A program made the translations under genes and the position numbers. DNA of 63,670 nucleotides, counting the filler, from Trichomonas gallinae (Eukaryota), in the NCBI GenBank assembly GCA_008369845.1. It is 12 parts of 12 records of this genome, joined end to end, with 100 filler letters (N's around TTAATTAATTAA, not from the genome) between each part and the next. Parts side by side here need not be neighbours in the genome. Positions count along the whole stretch, not along the records: positions 32,297 to 54,102 come from MRSU01001355.1; positions 54,203 to 56,004 come from MRSU01001356.1; positions 56,105 to 59,267 come from MRSU01001357.1; positions 59,368 to 61,240 come from MRSU01001361.1; positions 61,341 to 62,523 come from MRSU01001365.1; 7 more parts are not named here. The stretch is one strand, 5' to 3'. This document shows, in pieces, positions 52,545 through 62,623 of this stretch (the stretch's first letter is position 1; each line of letters starts with the position of its first letter). The notes under the pieces are model-generated. The model was not told the origin of the DNA. It did not search any database and saw only the letters and a program-made list of their open reading frames with translations.

Positions 52545-53678
52545 TTATTGATAATTAGGATTCAAAGTAATTTCCTTCAACTTCTCACATGCGGCGGTTA
52601 ATTGGATCTTCAATTCCTTAACCTGAGCTGTATCGAATCTACGTGGCTGGGAGTACTTATTAACAAGTCTGCTGTTTTCCATACGAGAATCGATCTTAAG
52701 GATGGTTTGGCCGGTCTGATTCAGGGTAATAACAAGGCGCTTGAAGTTAATACCGCTTAAACCAGTATCTCGCTCTGCCTCTGCAAGATCAACATCTGGC
52801 TTTCCTTCTACAAGAGAAATAATTGTTAACATACGAATAGTAAGATACATCTGTTGTTTGTCAAGGCCGTTCTCTTCGATGAACTTTGGATAGTGAGATA
52901 AGAATAATTCAAACTCAGCAACTGTGTTCATGACGAAGATAGTCAAGATCTGTTTGTGTGGCTCATCAAGGGCGTCGAAGATGAGCTTGGTATTAGCAAG
53001 AACTTCGAAATCGAATAAGTCTGTGCTGTTTAATGCAGAGTTTACTGCATTCTTTGCGATTATCTTCATATCATCTGTTTCTTTGATGAGTTTTATAACT
53101 TTCTGGAGATTGAAGATTGTGCAAAGAACACCGATTGATGTATGATTGTATACTTTAATTCTGCTGAAGAAATTGACAATTGTTTCGACGAATCTATCTC
53201 TGTTGTGATTAATGTTAACAGATTCGACGATGTAAGTCTTCATGATGTTAATAATCCATTTGAAGAAGACTGGATCGTCTGTAAGATTGAATTCATAAGA
53301 CATTTGAATTAAAAGACGAAGTGCGTGTGTTTGTGCAACTGGATGTGGTTTAAGAGATGCGAGAACGTATGAAGCGCACATAGCTGGGAGTTTGTGATTG
53401 ATATTTTCCTTCATATCTTGAAGTTTTTCAATAATTTCTTGAACCAAAGTTGTCATTTCGCCTTCTTTGACTTCGGCAGCACTGTAAAGTGCTTCCAAAC
53501 CCTGCCAAGCAGAGCAGAACCACTGGTAGAACTCTCCTGGCTCAACTGCAGTAGCATATGGAATCATAAAGAGAAGAACGCCATCTTTGACACTTCTTTT
53601 TGGACTTTCCATGCCGAGTTTCTCGCTGGCTGTCGTTAAGCAAGCGTTGATTTGTTTAACTGCTCCTTCCTGAGTCAT
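52545..53678 (-). CDS. eIF3m: Translation initiation factor eIF3 subunit M (PCI domain)
   Basis: 377 aa. FDFEVL, L.IF....AEF..F, GLDKQQMYLTIRMLT..SL, and RRFDTAQ..EL..QL at the C-terminus. Confidence 0.75.
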   Translation of the reverse strand: MTQEGAVKQINACLTTASEKLGMESPKRSVKDGVLLFMIPYATAVEPGEFYQWFCSAWQGLEALYSAAEVKEGEMTTLVQEIIEKLQDMKENINHKLPAMCASYVLASLKPHPVAQTHALRLLIQMSYEFNLTDDPVFFKWIINIMKTYIVESVNINHNRDRFVETIVNFFSRIKVYNHTSIGVLCTIFNLQKVIKLIKETDDMKIIAKNAVNSALNSTDLFDFEVLANTKLIFDALDEPHKQILTIFVMNTVAEFELFLSHYPKFIEENGLDKQQMYLTIRMLTIISLVEGKPDVDLAEAERDTGLSGINFKRLVITLNQTGQTILKIDSRMENSRLVNKYSQPRRFDTAQVKELKIQLTAACEKLKEITLNPNYQ

Positions 53679-53739
53679 TCTTTGATTTTTTAATGGTTGT
53701 CAAACCGCAAATTTTTGGTCCTGAAACATTTTTTTCCTG

Positions 53740-54102
53740 GACTATTTTTTGACTATTATGACTGTGTATATCTATAGTGTTGCCATAGAGAGGCTTATTT
53801 CTCTAATTAAAATTTCATAATTCTATGAAATCAACATATTAATTCTCATTCATTATTCAGGACTAATTTATGGCAATTATAACTGTGTATATCTATAGTG
53901 TTGCCATAGAAAAACTCTCTTATTTTAATAATAAGTTATAATTCTTAGAAATCAAAGAAATCATCTTCATTCATTTTACCTGAACTAATTCTTGGCTATT
54001 ATAGCTGTGTATATCTAGATTGTTGCCATAATGAGGCTTATTTCTCTAATTAAAATTTCAAAATTCCAAGAAATTATAAAAATCATCTTCATTCATTTTT
54101 CA
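53740..54102 (+). repeat. ~121-bp tandem repeat, three degenerate units, running into gap
   Basis: Core CTGTGTATATCTA..(G/T)TGTTGCCATA at 53762, 53883 and 54005; also TCATTCATT at unit ends. Confidence 0.9.
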
Positions 54103-54309
54103 NNNNNNNNNNNNNNNNNNNNNNNNNNNNNNNNNNNNNNNNNNNNTTAATTAATTAANNNNNNNNNNNNNNNNNNNNNNNNNNNNNNNNNNNNNNNNNN
54201 NNAAAAAAATTGGATCTCTCAAATTTTTGAGAAGAAAAATTTAAGAAAATTTTGAGAAGCTTTCTAAATTTTTGGCAGTGGGAATCCAATTTTCATTATT
54301 ATAAGTATC

Positions 54310-55965
54310 ATGGTTAAGACAGTGTGCGTCACAGGTGCAACAGGCATCATGGGAAGCGAGACAGTGAAGAGGTTAACAGAACTCGAAGAAGTCAAAATCA
54401 GAATATTCGTCCTCCCAACAAACTCAGACAAGAAAATCGCATCAGATTTCACGAAGATGAGCGACAAAGTCGAGGTTTTCTACGGAGACTTGAGAAATTA
54501 CGAAAACGTTCTCTCTTTCATCAACGGCGCAGACTACGTCCTCCACATCGGAGGAATGGTCTCACCAATTGCAGACACAAAGCCAAAACTCACATACGAA
54601 GTAAACGTCAATGGATCAGAGAACATCGTTAAGGCAGTTTTAGCACAAAAGAACAAAGACGAGATCAAAGTTGTCTACATCGGAAGTGTCGCGGAGACAG
54701 GCGACAGGAACTACCCAATCCACTGGGGAAGGACTGGAGACCCAATCAAAATATCATTGTACGACCACTACGGACTGTCTAAGGCACTGGCAGAGAGGAT
54801 ATTCGCAGAGAGCGGACTCAAGCACTGGGCTGTCTTCAGACAGAGCGGAATCCTTCACCCTAGACTCGTCAAGAACAGAAACCCAATCATGTTCCACGTC
54901 CCACTCAACGGAGTCCTCGAGTGGTGCACAGTCGAAGACAGCGGACGCCTGATGAAGAACTTCGTCGACTTCGACTTGCCAGAAGAGTTCTGGAGGAGGT
55001 TCTACAACATCGGAAGCGGCGAGTTCTACAGGCTGACGAACTTCGAGTTCGAAGACTTGCTTCTGAAGTCGGCAGGAATCGGCTCAATCAAGGACATCAC
55101 ACAGCCAAACTGGTTCGCGACGAAGAACTTCCATGGCCACTACTACGCAGACAGCGACGTTTTGGAGAAATACCTCAAGTTCAGAGAGAACATTCCAACA
55201 GAGGAGTACTTCGACAGACTGACATCAAACGCACCACTCCCATTCAAGATAATCAAATCTGCAAAGATTGTCAAGAACATATCTTTCTTGTCGAAGCCAC
55301 TGTTGAAAATGATCGCGTCAGACAAGAACTTCGGAACACTCGGATGGATCGAGGACAACGACATCCCGAGAATCAAGTCATTCTATGGCTCAGTCGAAGA
55401 GTTCAACAAGATCGAAACATCATGGTCACAGTTCCCAATCAAACACTACGAGACATCAATCAAGAACGCGGACAAGTACATATTATCACACGGATACGAC
55501 GAGACTAAGCCATTCGAATCATTGACAATCGAAGACTTGAAATCAGCTGCAGAATTCCGTGGCGGATGCTTAGTCAGTGATCATGTCTGCTCGATGCACG
55601 AGAAAGTCACATGGAAGTGCGGACACTGCGGCTGCACATTCGAAGCAACACCAAACTTGATCTTGCGTGGCGGACACTGGTGCCCGAACTGCTACACGCC
55701 ATCAAATGCATGGGACTACGGAAGGATCGCAGAGAGCAACAAGTTCTTCGCACAAGTTTGGTACAACAACCACACGAAGGAAGAGAGAGAATTCTATGAC
55801 TTCGAGACATTGTTCGACAAAGAATGCTTCGACACATGCAAGAAAGTTTCGCAGAAGGACAACAGCGACAGAACATTCATATTCATCATCGCCGCTTTCT
55901 TCATATTGTTTGTTCTCATCACAGCTTTGTCTGTCATATTATTCAAGAACAGACTGTTCATATAA
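54310..55965 (+). CDS. Extended SDR (NAD-dependent epimerase/dehydratase) with Zn-ribbon domain and C-terminal TM anchor
   Basis: TGATGIMG, GSVA, YGLSK; AAEFRGG ... W.CGHC...F.ATP..IL.GGHWCPNC; terminal FIFIIAAFFILFVLITALSVILFKNRLFI. Confidence 0.88.
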   Translation: MVKTVCVTGATGIMGSETVKRLTELEEVKIRIFVLPTNSDKKIASDFTKMSDKVEVFYGDLRNYENVLSFINGADYVLHIGGMVSPIADTKPKLTYEVNVNGSENIVKAVLAQKNKDEIKVVYIGSVAETGDRNYPIHWGRTGDPIKISLYDHYGLSKALAERIFAESGLKHWAVFRQSGILHPRLVKNRNPIMFHVPLNGVLEWCTVEDSGRLMKNFVDFDLPEEFWRRFYNIGSGEFYRLTNFEFEDLLLKSAGIGSIKDITQPNWFATKNFHGHYYADSDVLEKYLKFRENIPTEEYFDRLTSNAPLPFKIIKSAKIVKNISFLSKPLLKMIASDKNFGTLGWIEDNDIPRIKSFYGSVEEFNKIETSWSQFPIKHYETSIKNADKYILSHGYDETKPFESLTIEDLKSAAEFRGGCLVSDHVCSMHEKVTWKCGHCGCTFEATPNLILRGGHWCPNCYTPSNAWDYGRIAESNKFFAQVWYNNHTKEEREFYDFETLFDKECFDTCKKVSQKDNSDRTFIFIIAAFFILFVLITALSVILFKNRLFI

Positions 55966-56805
55966 TTTGTTTGTTGTTTGTAATAAATTGAATTTTATAA
56001 AAAANNNNNNNNNNNNNNNNNNNNNNNNNNNNNNNNNNNNNNNNNNNNTTAATTAATTAANNNNNNNNNNNNNNNNNNNNNNNNNNNNNNNNNNNNNNNN
56101 NNNNCTTTGTCTGTCATATTATTCAAGAACAGACTGTTCATATAATTTGTTTGTTGTTTGTAATAAATTGAATTTTATAAAAAATATGATTTTGATCATT
56201 TGAATGATAATGTTCGAATATTATCATTACCATGCATATGGATATTTTGATTTTGTTTAATTACATTGAAATTATGGGAAAAAAATGTAAAACTTAATTT
56301 TTCTTAACTTCACGCAGGCATAGTTATCTTCAATGCGATTTAAACCACAAACAATCATAACTCTGATATCATGATGGTTTCCATGCATTTTATGAGTCGA
56401 TTCGCGAAATCTAATTTTTTTATTGAAATCATTCGATTACAATATGACGGAGTGCTGAATTTGTCCTTGGCTCTCCATATGGATGCCAAATAAGATAAAT
56501 ATTTGTCTTTCCTCTAAATTGAAATCTTGATACTTTTCAATATAACGACTTGGATTTATAAAATCTTCGGTTCACTCGCTTTATGATGTATGGTAGCCAA
56601 GCAAAGAAAGACTGGGTATTTACTACACAAAAATAATATTTATCCTTTCTTGCATAATTTGATTTCAGATTCGAATTTATCTTCCAAAGTTGCATCGATT
56701 TCATAACAGCATTTTTCGCAAACTTAATTTTTTTAAATAAATTGAAAAAATTAATAAACTTTATTCAAGAAACAAACATAATATTAGAGCATGGTTCCCA
56801 ATAAA

Positions 56806-57870
56806 TCACTTTTGGAAATCGTTCTTGCATTTGACTGAATAATGAGGGAAGTTTGGATAAGGCGGCGGGCAGTACTTGTTCTCGACGCTTTTTACTGTAT
56901 AGCAGTAGTGGTGCGTGTGATGTATGATTGTCGCAATGTGGTATGGTTCATAACCTGTTCTGATATCGCCAAACTCTCTTCCTTTTCGGCCAAGTGTCCA
57001 CATGTGGAGAACTGTTGAGTTTGGCTGGCTAAGAACCTTGATTCCAGCCTTTTCGAACAAGCCATCGTAGTACCAACCGTTTATGCAGCCTTGGTCATGT
57101 GTTCCTGTAGGACGATTTTCGAGATAATATCTTAAAAAGTCATAAACTACTTCTGCGTCGCCAGCAAAATAGCCAGCACAAATAGCATCCAATGTTTTCA
57201 CCTTTTGCGGTATATAACACTCCTTTACGGTTCCCCAAAACGGATAATGTAAAATGCTTCGTTCAGGAACCATCTGAAGAGCGCCTGTAGGCATGTGTAT
57301 GTCGAATGGATCACCTTGGAAAAGCGTGTCGTACATGTCTAGCTTAATAACTCTGTTTATTTTGTGCCGATGTAGCATCAAGAAGCGATAAATATGGTAA
57401 TAAACTTCTGTGAAGATTCCACCTTCATCAAATATCAGTCTACTATGGATATTGATCAGCTGGGCACCGCAGTCTTCTAAGTATTTCAACTCTTTGTCAC
57501 CAATTGATAAACGTGCTTCTTCGTCAACGAAAATGATAGTTGTGCACTTACTTCCAGTATGTCGTAATGTTCTTAAGAATGCCATTAAGTTGTGTGTACT
57601 CTTAGACGCATAAACTAACATAACATCTTCTTTTTTACTGTTTGCGTTATAATTTGTTGCTGTGTAATTGCATGGCAGGCAGTTCAATGGCTTATTCATA
57701 TCAAATGAATAGTCTATGTTCCAAAATGAAAAATATGGAATTCGAAGTGCAGCAACCTTGAACTGAAACAAGACGTCTATCGGTTCTATGATCATGTTAG
57801 TGGAACTCATCAATATGAATAGTGGTAAAATCTGTATAATCGTTTGTATATAGGTCCAAATAGAGGTCAT
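56806..57870 (-). CDS. Putative GT-A-fold glycosyltransferase (type II membrane)
   Basis: N-terminal hydrophobic anchor, FLRTLR.TG, KLDMYDTLFQGDPF (DxxD), ICAGYFAG, HDQG..N, IIH. Confidence 0.65.
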   Translation of the reverse strand: MTSIWTYIQTIIQILPLFILMSSTNMIIEPIDVLFQFKVAALRIPYFSFWNIDYSFDMNKPLNCLPCNYTATNYNANSKKEDVMLVYASKSTHNLMAFLRTLRHTGSKCTTIIFVDEEARLSIGDKELKYLEDCGAQLINIHSRLIFDEGGIFTEVYYHIYRFLMLHRHKINRVIKLDMYDTLFQGDPFDIHMPTGALQMVPERSILHYPFWGTVKECYIPQKVKTLDAICAGYFAGDAEVVYDFLRYYLENRPTGTHDQGCINGWYYDGLFEKAGIKVLSQPNSTVLHMWTLGRKGREFGDIRTGYEPYHIATIIHHTHHYCYTVKSVENKYCPPPYPNFPHYSVKCKNDFQK

Positions 57871-59123
57871 TTACTTAAAAAAATGTAGACTATTCAAAAA
57901 ATATTTTGAAATTGAGTCAAATTTTGTAATTTAAATATTATCATTATGTATAGCTAATATTGTATAAATGATATCAATTCTTAAAAATTATTGAGAATGA
58001 TCAATTTTCCATTGAATTATTTATTGTTTATCAATGACATAAATATCTAATTTTCAAGTCGATTTTGAGAAAAAAAAATAAAAACAATTCCTTTTCAATT
58101 TATACATTTATTCATTTATTTTTGTGTTATCTTCAATAAATTACCCTTTCATTCAAAATCGTTCGCGGACTCTGAAAAATTTTGTGGCACTTTAATATAT
58201 AAATCACCGGAGACACTAATTATTGATACTATGCCCTTATATATATTCTTATAATAAAAATTAAATGTGTTGCTCTCAAATATCAATAAAAATAATAATG
58301 GTGAGAGCACTATGGTCTATGTGCAACTCAAAAGCCTCTAACCCATTTTGAAAAATACCTAAAGGATGAACGCTACACCTAAAAGATGATGAGCTCTCGG
58401 TATTAATAATTTTTCTCCGGAATTCTTTGACTTCTTCAGTAAATACCGAGGATAAAGTAGTTATATTGATTGTAATCAATTGATTATGATGAGTAATGAA
58501 CGCTCATTATTAAGAACCTATGAGATCCTAGATCTAATTTTGTGGCAACTAAGTAACTCGTGATAAATCTAATGTATTTTATTATATTCTATGTTATCAT
58601 ATTAATATCCATGACTTAATATGATAAAATCATGGAAAATTTCGAGAAATTTAGTGCAAAAAACGCAAAATTAGACTGCAGCTTTTCTGTATAACGATAC
58701 TTGAGAACTTAAACAGAGTGTGAATCAACATTTTGATGAAATTATTTATATCGACTAATTAATTGCATTGAAGCATTGTGATGCTAATTTTCTAGTTCCA
58801 ATTATTAATTATAGTAAAAATAACCTAGTTTTTAGTGATAATGAATTAGTTGAACTGAATATTTTCAAATTCTTCAATAAATTGATCAAATTTCCATTAT
58901 AGCCGCATATTATGCATCTCTATAGCCTGAATAACTATATACAACATGGAAATGCAGATTTACAACCTAGTCGTTTCGAAATTTTTTTACGCCTCAAATT
59001 TTACTTCTATAGTGGATTTTTTAATGAAGCAATGAAAAATGAAATATATTGCATTTACAATTTAAATTGGAAACCAATTTTAAAACTTTATTTAAGAAAC
59101 AAACATTGTATTTTCTCTCAAGC

Positions 59124-59267
59124 CTACTTAGTGAAATTATTCTTGCACTTGCATGAGTAATGTGGGAAGTTTGGATATGGGGGAGGACAGTATTTCTTCT
59201 CAACACTCTCAACTGTGTAGCAGTAATGATGTGTGTGATGAATAACGGTCGCAACATGAAATGGTTC
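59124..59267 (-). CDS. C-terminal fragment of a tandem paralog of 56806..57870
   Basis: EPFHVATVIHHTHHYCYTVESVEKKYCPPPYPNFPHYSCKCKNNFTK* versus EPYHIATIIHHTHHYCYTVKSVENKYCPPPYPNFPHYSVKCKNDFQK*. Confidence 0.9.
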   Translation of the reverse strand, partial: EPFHVATVIHHTHHYCYTVESVEKKYCPPPYPNFPHYSCKCKNNFTK

Positions 59268-59367
59268 NNNNNNNNNNNNNNNNNNNNNNNNNNNNNNNNN
59301 NNNNNNNNNNNTTAATTAATTAANNNNNNNNNNNNNNNNNNNNNNNNNNNNNNNNNNNNNNNNNNNN

Positions 59368-59910
59368 GATTTTTGCATTATTTCTCACATCTTCTGGCAT
59401 CATTAAAAGCGGAGCAAACAAATCCTCAACTGCATGTCCATAAACATTCATTCCATGATAAGCTAAAACTATTAATTCATGGCAGTGTCCGATAACTTTT
59501 CCATCATCTTGTCTCAACCTTTCTAAATTTCTCCACCAATCATGCTCTTTCATAGTATAAAATTGATTTTTGAACACAAATCCACCCACTCCATTAATAT
59601 ATACACGGTACGCTTCTAGATAATGGTTGTGTATATGAAATGCATTATCATTTTCTGATTTTGTAACATCCTGTCTATTTGGATGATAGAAATATGTATA
59701 TTGTGGAGGGTTATGGAATTTCATAACATCATAAAAAGCATGGTGACCTCTTGGAATAGCATATATATGACTCTTTATCTTTATATCTGTCTCATATTGC
59801 CAAAAAATGCATCTATGTTCAAGATTTGCTGCTGGAATGGCTTCATTGAGAAACAGATTGTATGAAAGCAAAGCAATTTCTAAAACAGTTACGAAAAAAC
59901 CAAGTCGCAT
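59368..59910 (-). CDS. GT61/DUF563-like glycosyltransferase, N-terminal part (truncated by gap)
   Basis: Signal-anchor start, VYING.G, and NVYGHAVEDLFAPLL (N.YH...D motif). Confidence 0.55.
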
Positions 59911-60574
59911 TGAGCTGAACCAATGATATATTTTTTGAAAAGTTTACAAATATTTGTTCAGATATGAAATATAATATTTTCTAATAAATTCCAAATAATT
60001 GCAATTTCAAATGAACTCATTTTTTCAGAAATGCTCTCAATATTTTGTGAAAATTGATTCGGCAATTTTTTTTTTCTGATAACGATTTCCGAATGTTCGT
60101 GTACAATGATTGAAGGACATGTATATTTTTGAATTGCATTTGAAAATAAAAAGTGACTTTCAGTATTCAATATCTTATGAAAATAGCTTATCAATATTAA
60201 ATAACCATATTGAAATGGAAATTAATTTCAAAACTCTAAATTCAAAATTGGTGCATGATTCATAATATATTATTAACACACATTCATATCTTTTGATATC
60301 ACGCCCGTACATGATTTCTGAGAATATAAAATGATTATCCATTGAAATTTTTCATCCTTTAAAAATTTGTTTTTGCACTAACCATTTTGATCTTATTAAT
60401 AATTACAAATTTAAATAAAATGCTATGTTTCTAAAATGTTGAAATCAAGCAGTTTCCATATAACTTTGATGTTAATAAAAATTCATTTCTAATTTGACAC
60501 TTTATTGATTGACTGATGTATTGTTTTGCAGCAAATAGCACTTCGTCATGATGAAGTTGGTGTTATATTTAGTG

Positions 60575-60778
60575 TTTCTCAATGTAAAACTTGGAAATTT
60601 GCTGAAGAATTAATTTGAAAATTTGAAAATCGCATTTTATGCAGTTCCTGAAGCTGACGTTGCATTTTATGATGAAATCAAGCATTATAACCATCTAAAT
60701 CAACAATTTTTCTTTCATCCTGGCGATATTCAAGGTACAAATTTTGTCTATAATTTTTTCTACCAAAGGATGTCTTAA
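60575..60778 (+). pseudogene. Frameshifted remnant of a paralog of 59368..59910
   Basis: QCKTWKF, then a frameshift to AFYAVPEADVAFYDEIKHYNHLNQQFFFHPG, compared with CIFWQY...HIYAIPRGHHAFYDVMKFHNPPQYTYFYHPN. Confidence 0.6.
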
Positions 60779-60886
60779 GTCATGCATCAATTTAATCAAA
60801 ACTTAGAAAGAACTCTAAATTGGTATCAATGTATATATCCCATCAACAATATTTGTTCTATTCTTGAATTCAAATATAACTTAATG

Positions 60887-61240
60887 TTAATCATAAATAT
60901 TTGGCCATTTCTTGGTTTCGAAGACCGATAAACCACGATCTATCATTTTGATTGCGAGATTGACGTCGATATATCCACCAGGACCTTCCCAATGCGAAGT
61001 ATTAAGTGCTTTATATTGAAGACTAAATACACGACCGGCTGTTAAAAATTTAATGATAGAATAATCGAGCACAGTATATCCAACGACACAAACAGTGTTT
61101 TCTTTCATGAACACTGTTTTAATAGAGTTTGAACCAAGCGGCATATATACAAACTTAACACAGCTCCACGCTTTGGCTGATTGAGCAAGAGTAGGACAGA
61201 GAGTGTCATTCAAAGCTCTCCACTTAATATCAGGATATTT
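60887..61240 (-). CDS. GT61/DUF563-like glycosyltransferase, C-terminal part (truncated by gap)
   Basis: KYPDIKW...TLAQSAKAWSCVKFVYMPLGSNSIKTVFMKENTVCV matches the GT61 'Q...F..A....PHG....N..F' region. Confidence 0.5.
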   Translation of the reverse strand, partial: KYPDIKWRALNDTLCPTLAQSAKAWSCVKFVYMPLGSNSIKTVFMKENTVCVVGYTVLDYSIIKFLTAGRVFSLQYKALNTSHWEGPGGYIDVNLAIKMIDRGLSVFETKKWPNIYD

Positions 61241-61342
61241 NNNNNNNNNNNNNNNNNNNNNNNNNNNNNNNNNNNNNNNNNNNNTTAATTAATTAANNNN
61301 NNNNNNNNNNNNNNNNNNNNNNNNNNNNNNNNNNNNNNNNCT

Positions 61343-61915
61343 ATTTCTAACAGCAAAAGCCATTTTGAACCCTTTCGCCACGATTATGGCGAAGTTATAA
61401 TATCCTTTTTAAACACATCACACGTGAAAACTTCTGCGACAAATTGCATATTTTCATTTTCGCCTGATTATCGTCATGCCGCAAAAGTGAACTATTGTAG
61501 CTCATTTAACTGCTCCACTTTAGTACAAAACGGATTATCATCATATAAAGAAGATGCTTCAATTGAGAACTGTATCTATATTAACATAAGCATGAACCAA
61601 AAGTCTCTTTTTCAATTGAATGGCCACTCCATGAATGTTTCAAAAGTTATCGTTCAAGACTGCACCTATCCTTATCTTTCACATGCAGACTCACCGGGAA
61701 TTATACGAATCAATGACTGCATGATTAATGGAGAGTCAAAAACAGATGCTGCTGGTTCAAATGAAATTAAGACAGTTGAGCAAATCGAATTTCAAATGAC
61801 TTTTTTGGAACACGGCAAATGTATTGGTAAAATTATAGAAATTACAGATCTAATAACATATGATCATTCTTTTTATCCGTTCGCAATTATCATGGCCTGG
61901 ACTAATGAATCATAA
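61343..61915 (+). CDS. C-terminal part of a beta-helix-like surface-family protein
   Basis: The frame is open from the contig start, with N.S/C.F/NC.Y repeats and a C-terminal hydrophobic end, like 29053..29985. Confidence 0.6.
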   Translation: MSNSKSHFEPFRHDYGEVIISFLNTSHVKTSATNCIFSFSPDYRHAAKVNYCSSFNCSTLVQNGLSSYKEDASIENCIYINISMNQKSLFQLNGHSMNVSKVIVQDCTYPYLSHADSPGIIRINDCMINGESKTDAAGSNEIKTVEQIEFQMTFLEHGKCIGKIIEITDLITYDHSFYPFAIIMAWTNES

Positions 61916-61999
61916 ACTCAAATATTTAAATTACATCATTAAAACAATCAAAAATTAAATTGATGCACAAATTATACTTTTACTAAACATCTAATATAA

Positions 62000-62200
62000 G
62001 CACTAGTGCGAATTGTATCTGCAGAAGATAGAAATGCAAAATTTTTCAAATCTGGTTTATAGGAATAAGATTATTCCTAAGGATGATTATGGCAAAACAG
62101 CTTTAGTGATTGCTTCAAAATTAATCATTGTGAAGTTGACAAAACTCTTTCATATATTTCACAAAATTGATGTCAGCGCAAAAAGCAATTAATTCGATGC
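62000..62200 (+). pseudogene. Ankyrin-repeat remnant
   Basis: KDDYGKTALVIAS, frameshift, NHCEV..., then IDVSAKSN, with stops. Confidence 0.5.
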
Positions 62201-62383
62201 AGCCTTGTTTCTTTCTCCAATATATGCCTGTCGTGAATTCCTAAAAAAGTTTGAAAGAATGCATAAATTAACCTTAGCGTATAGTTTACATTTTATGAGC
62301 TTTTTATATATTTGCAAAAAAATTCTTTTGAATGCGAAGATGAATGAATATTGAGAAATCCACAGCGCGTTTGGTGAACATAT

Positions 62384-62523
62384 ATGGGAATTTGGTCTAG
62401 ATTTTACGAAGATGAAGGAAGCTACGAAATTTACACGAAAGGTAAACCTATCAAAATTTCGACAGGAAACTACTATATTCGCCATTGCAGTTTTTGTCGA
62501 TCATCTAATCGCTCGATTTCATT
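62384..62523 (+). CDS. N-terminal fragment of a beta-helix-like surface-family protein
   Basis: MGIWSRFY...GNYYIRHCSF, truncated by gap. Confidence 0.55.
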
Positions 62524-62623
62524 NNNNNNNNNNNNNNNNNNNNNNNNNNNNNNNNNNNNNNNNNNNNTTAATTAATTAANNNNNNNNNNNNNNNNNNNNN
62601 NNNNNNNNNNNNNNNNNNNNNNN

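Noticed and set aside
55925..56184. 80-bp direct repeat flanking a gap (55925-56004 = 56105-56184)
   Set aside because: Unmerged contig overlap, not a biological duplication.
58396..58450. CTCGGTATT...AATACCGAG inverted repeat
   Set aside because: Only a 9-bp stem with a long loop; compatible with chance.
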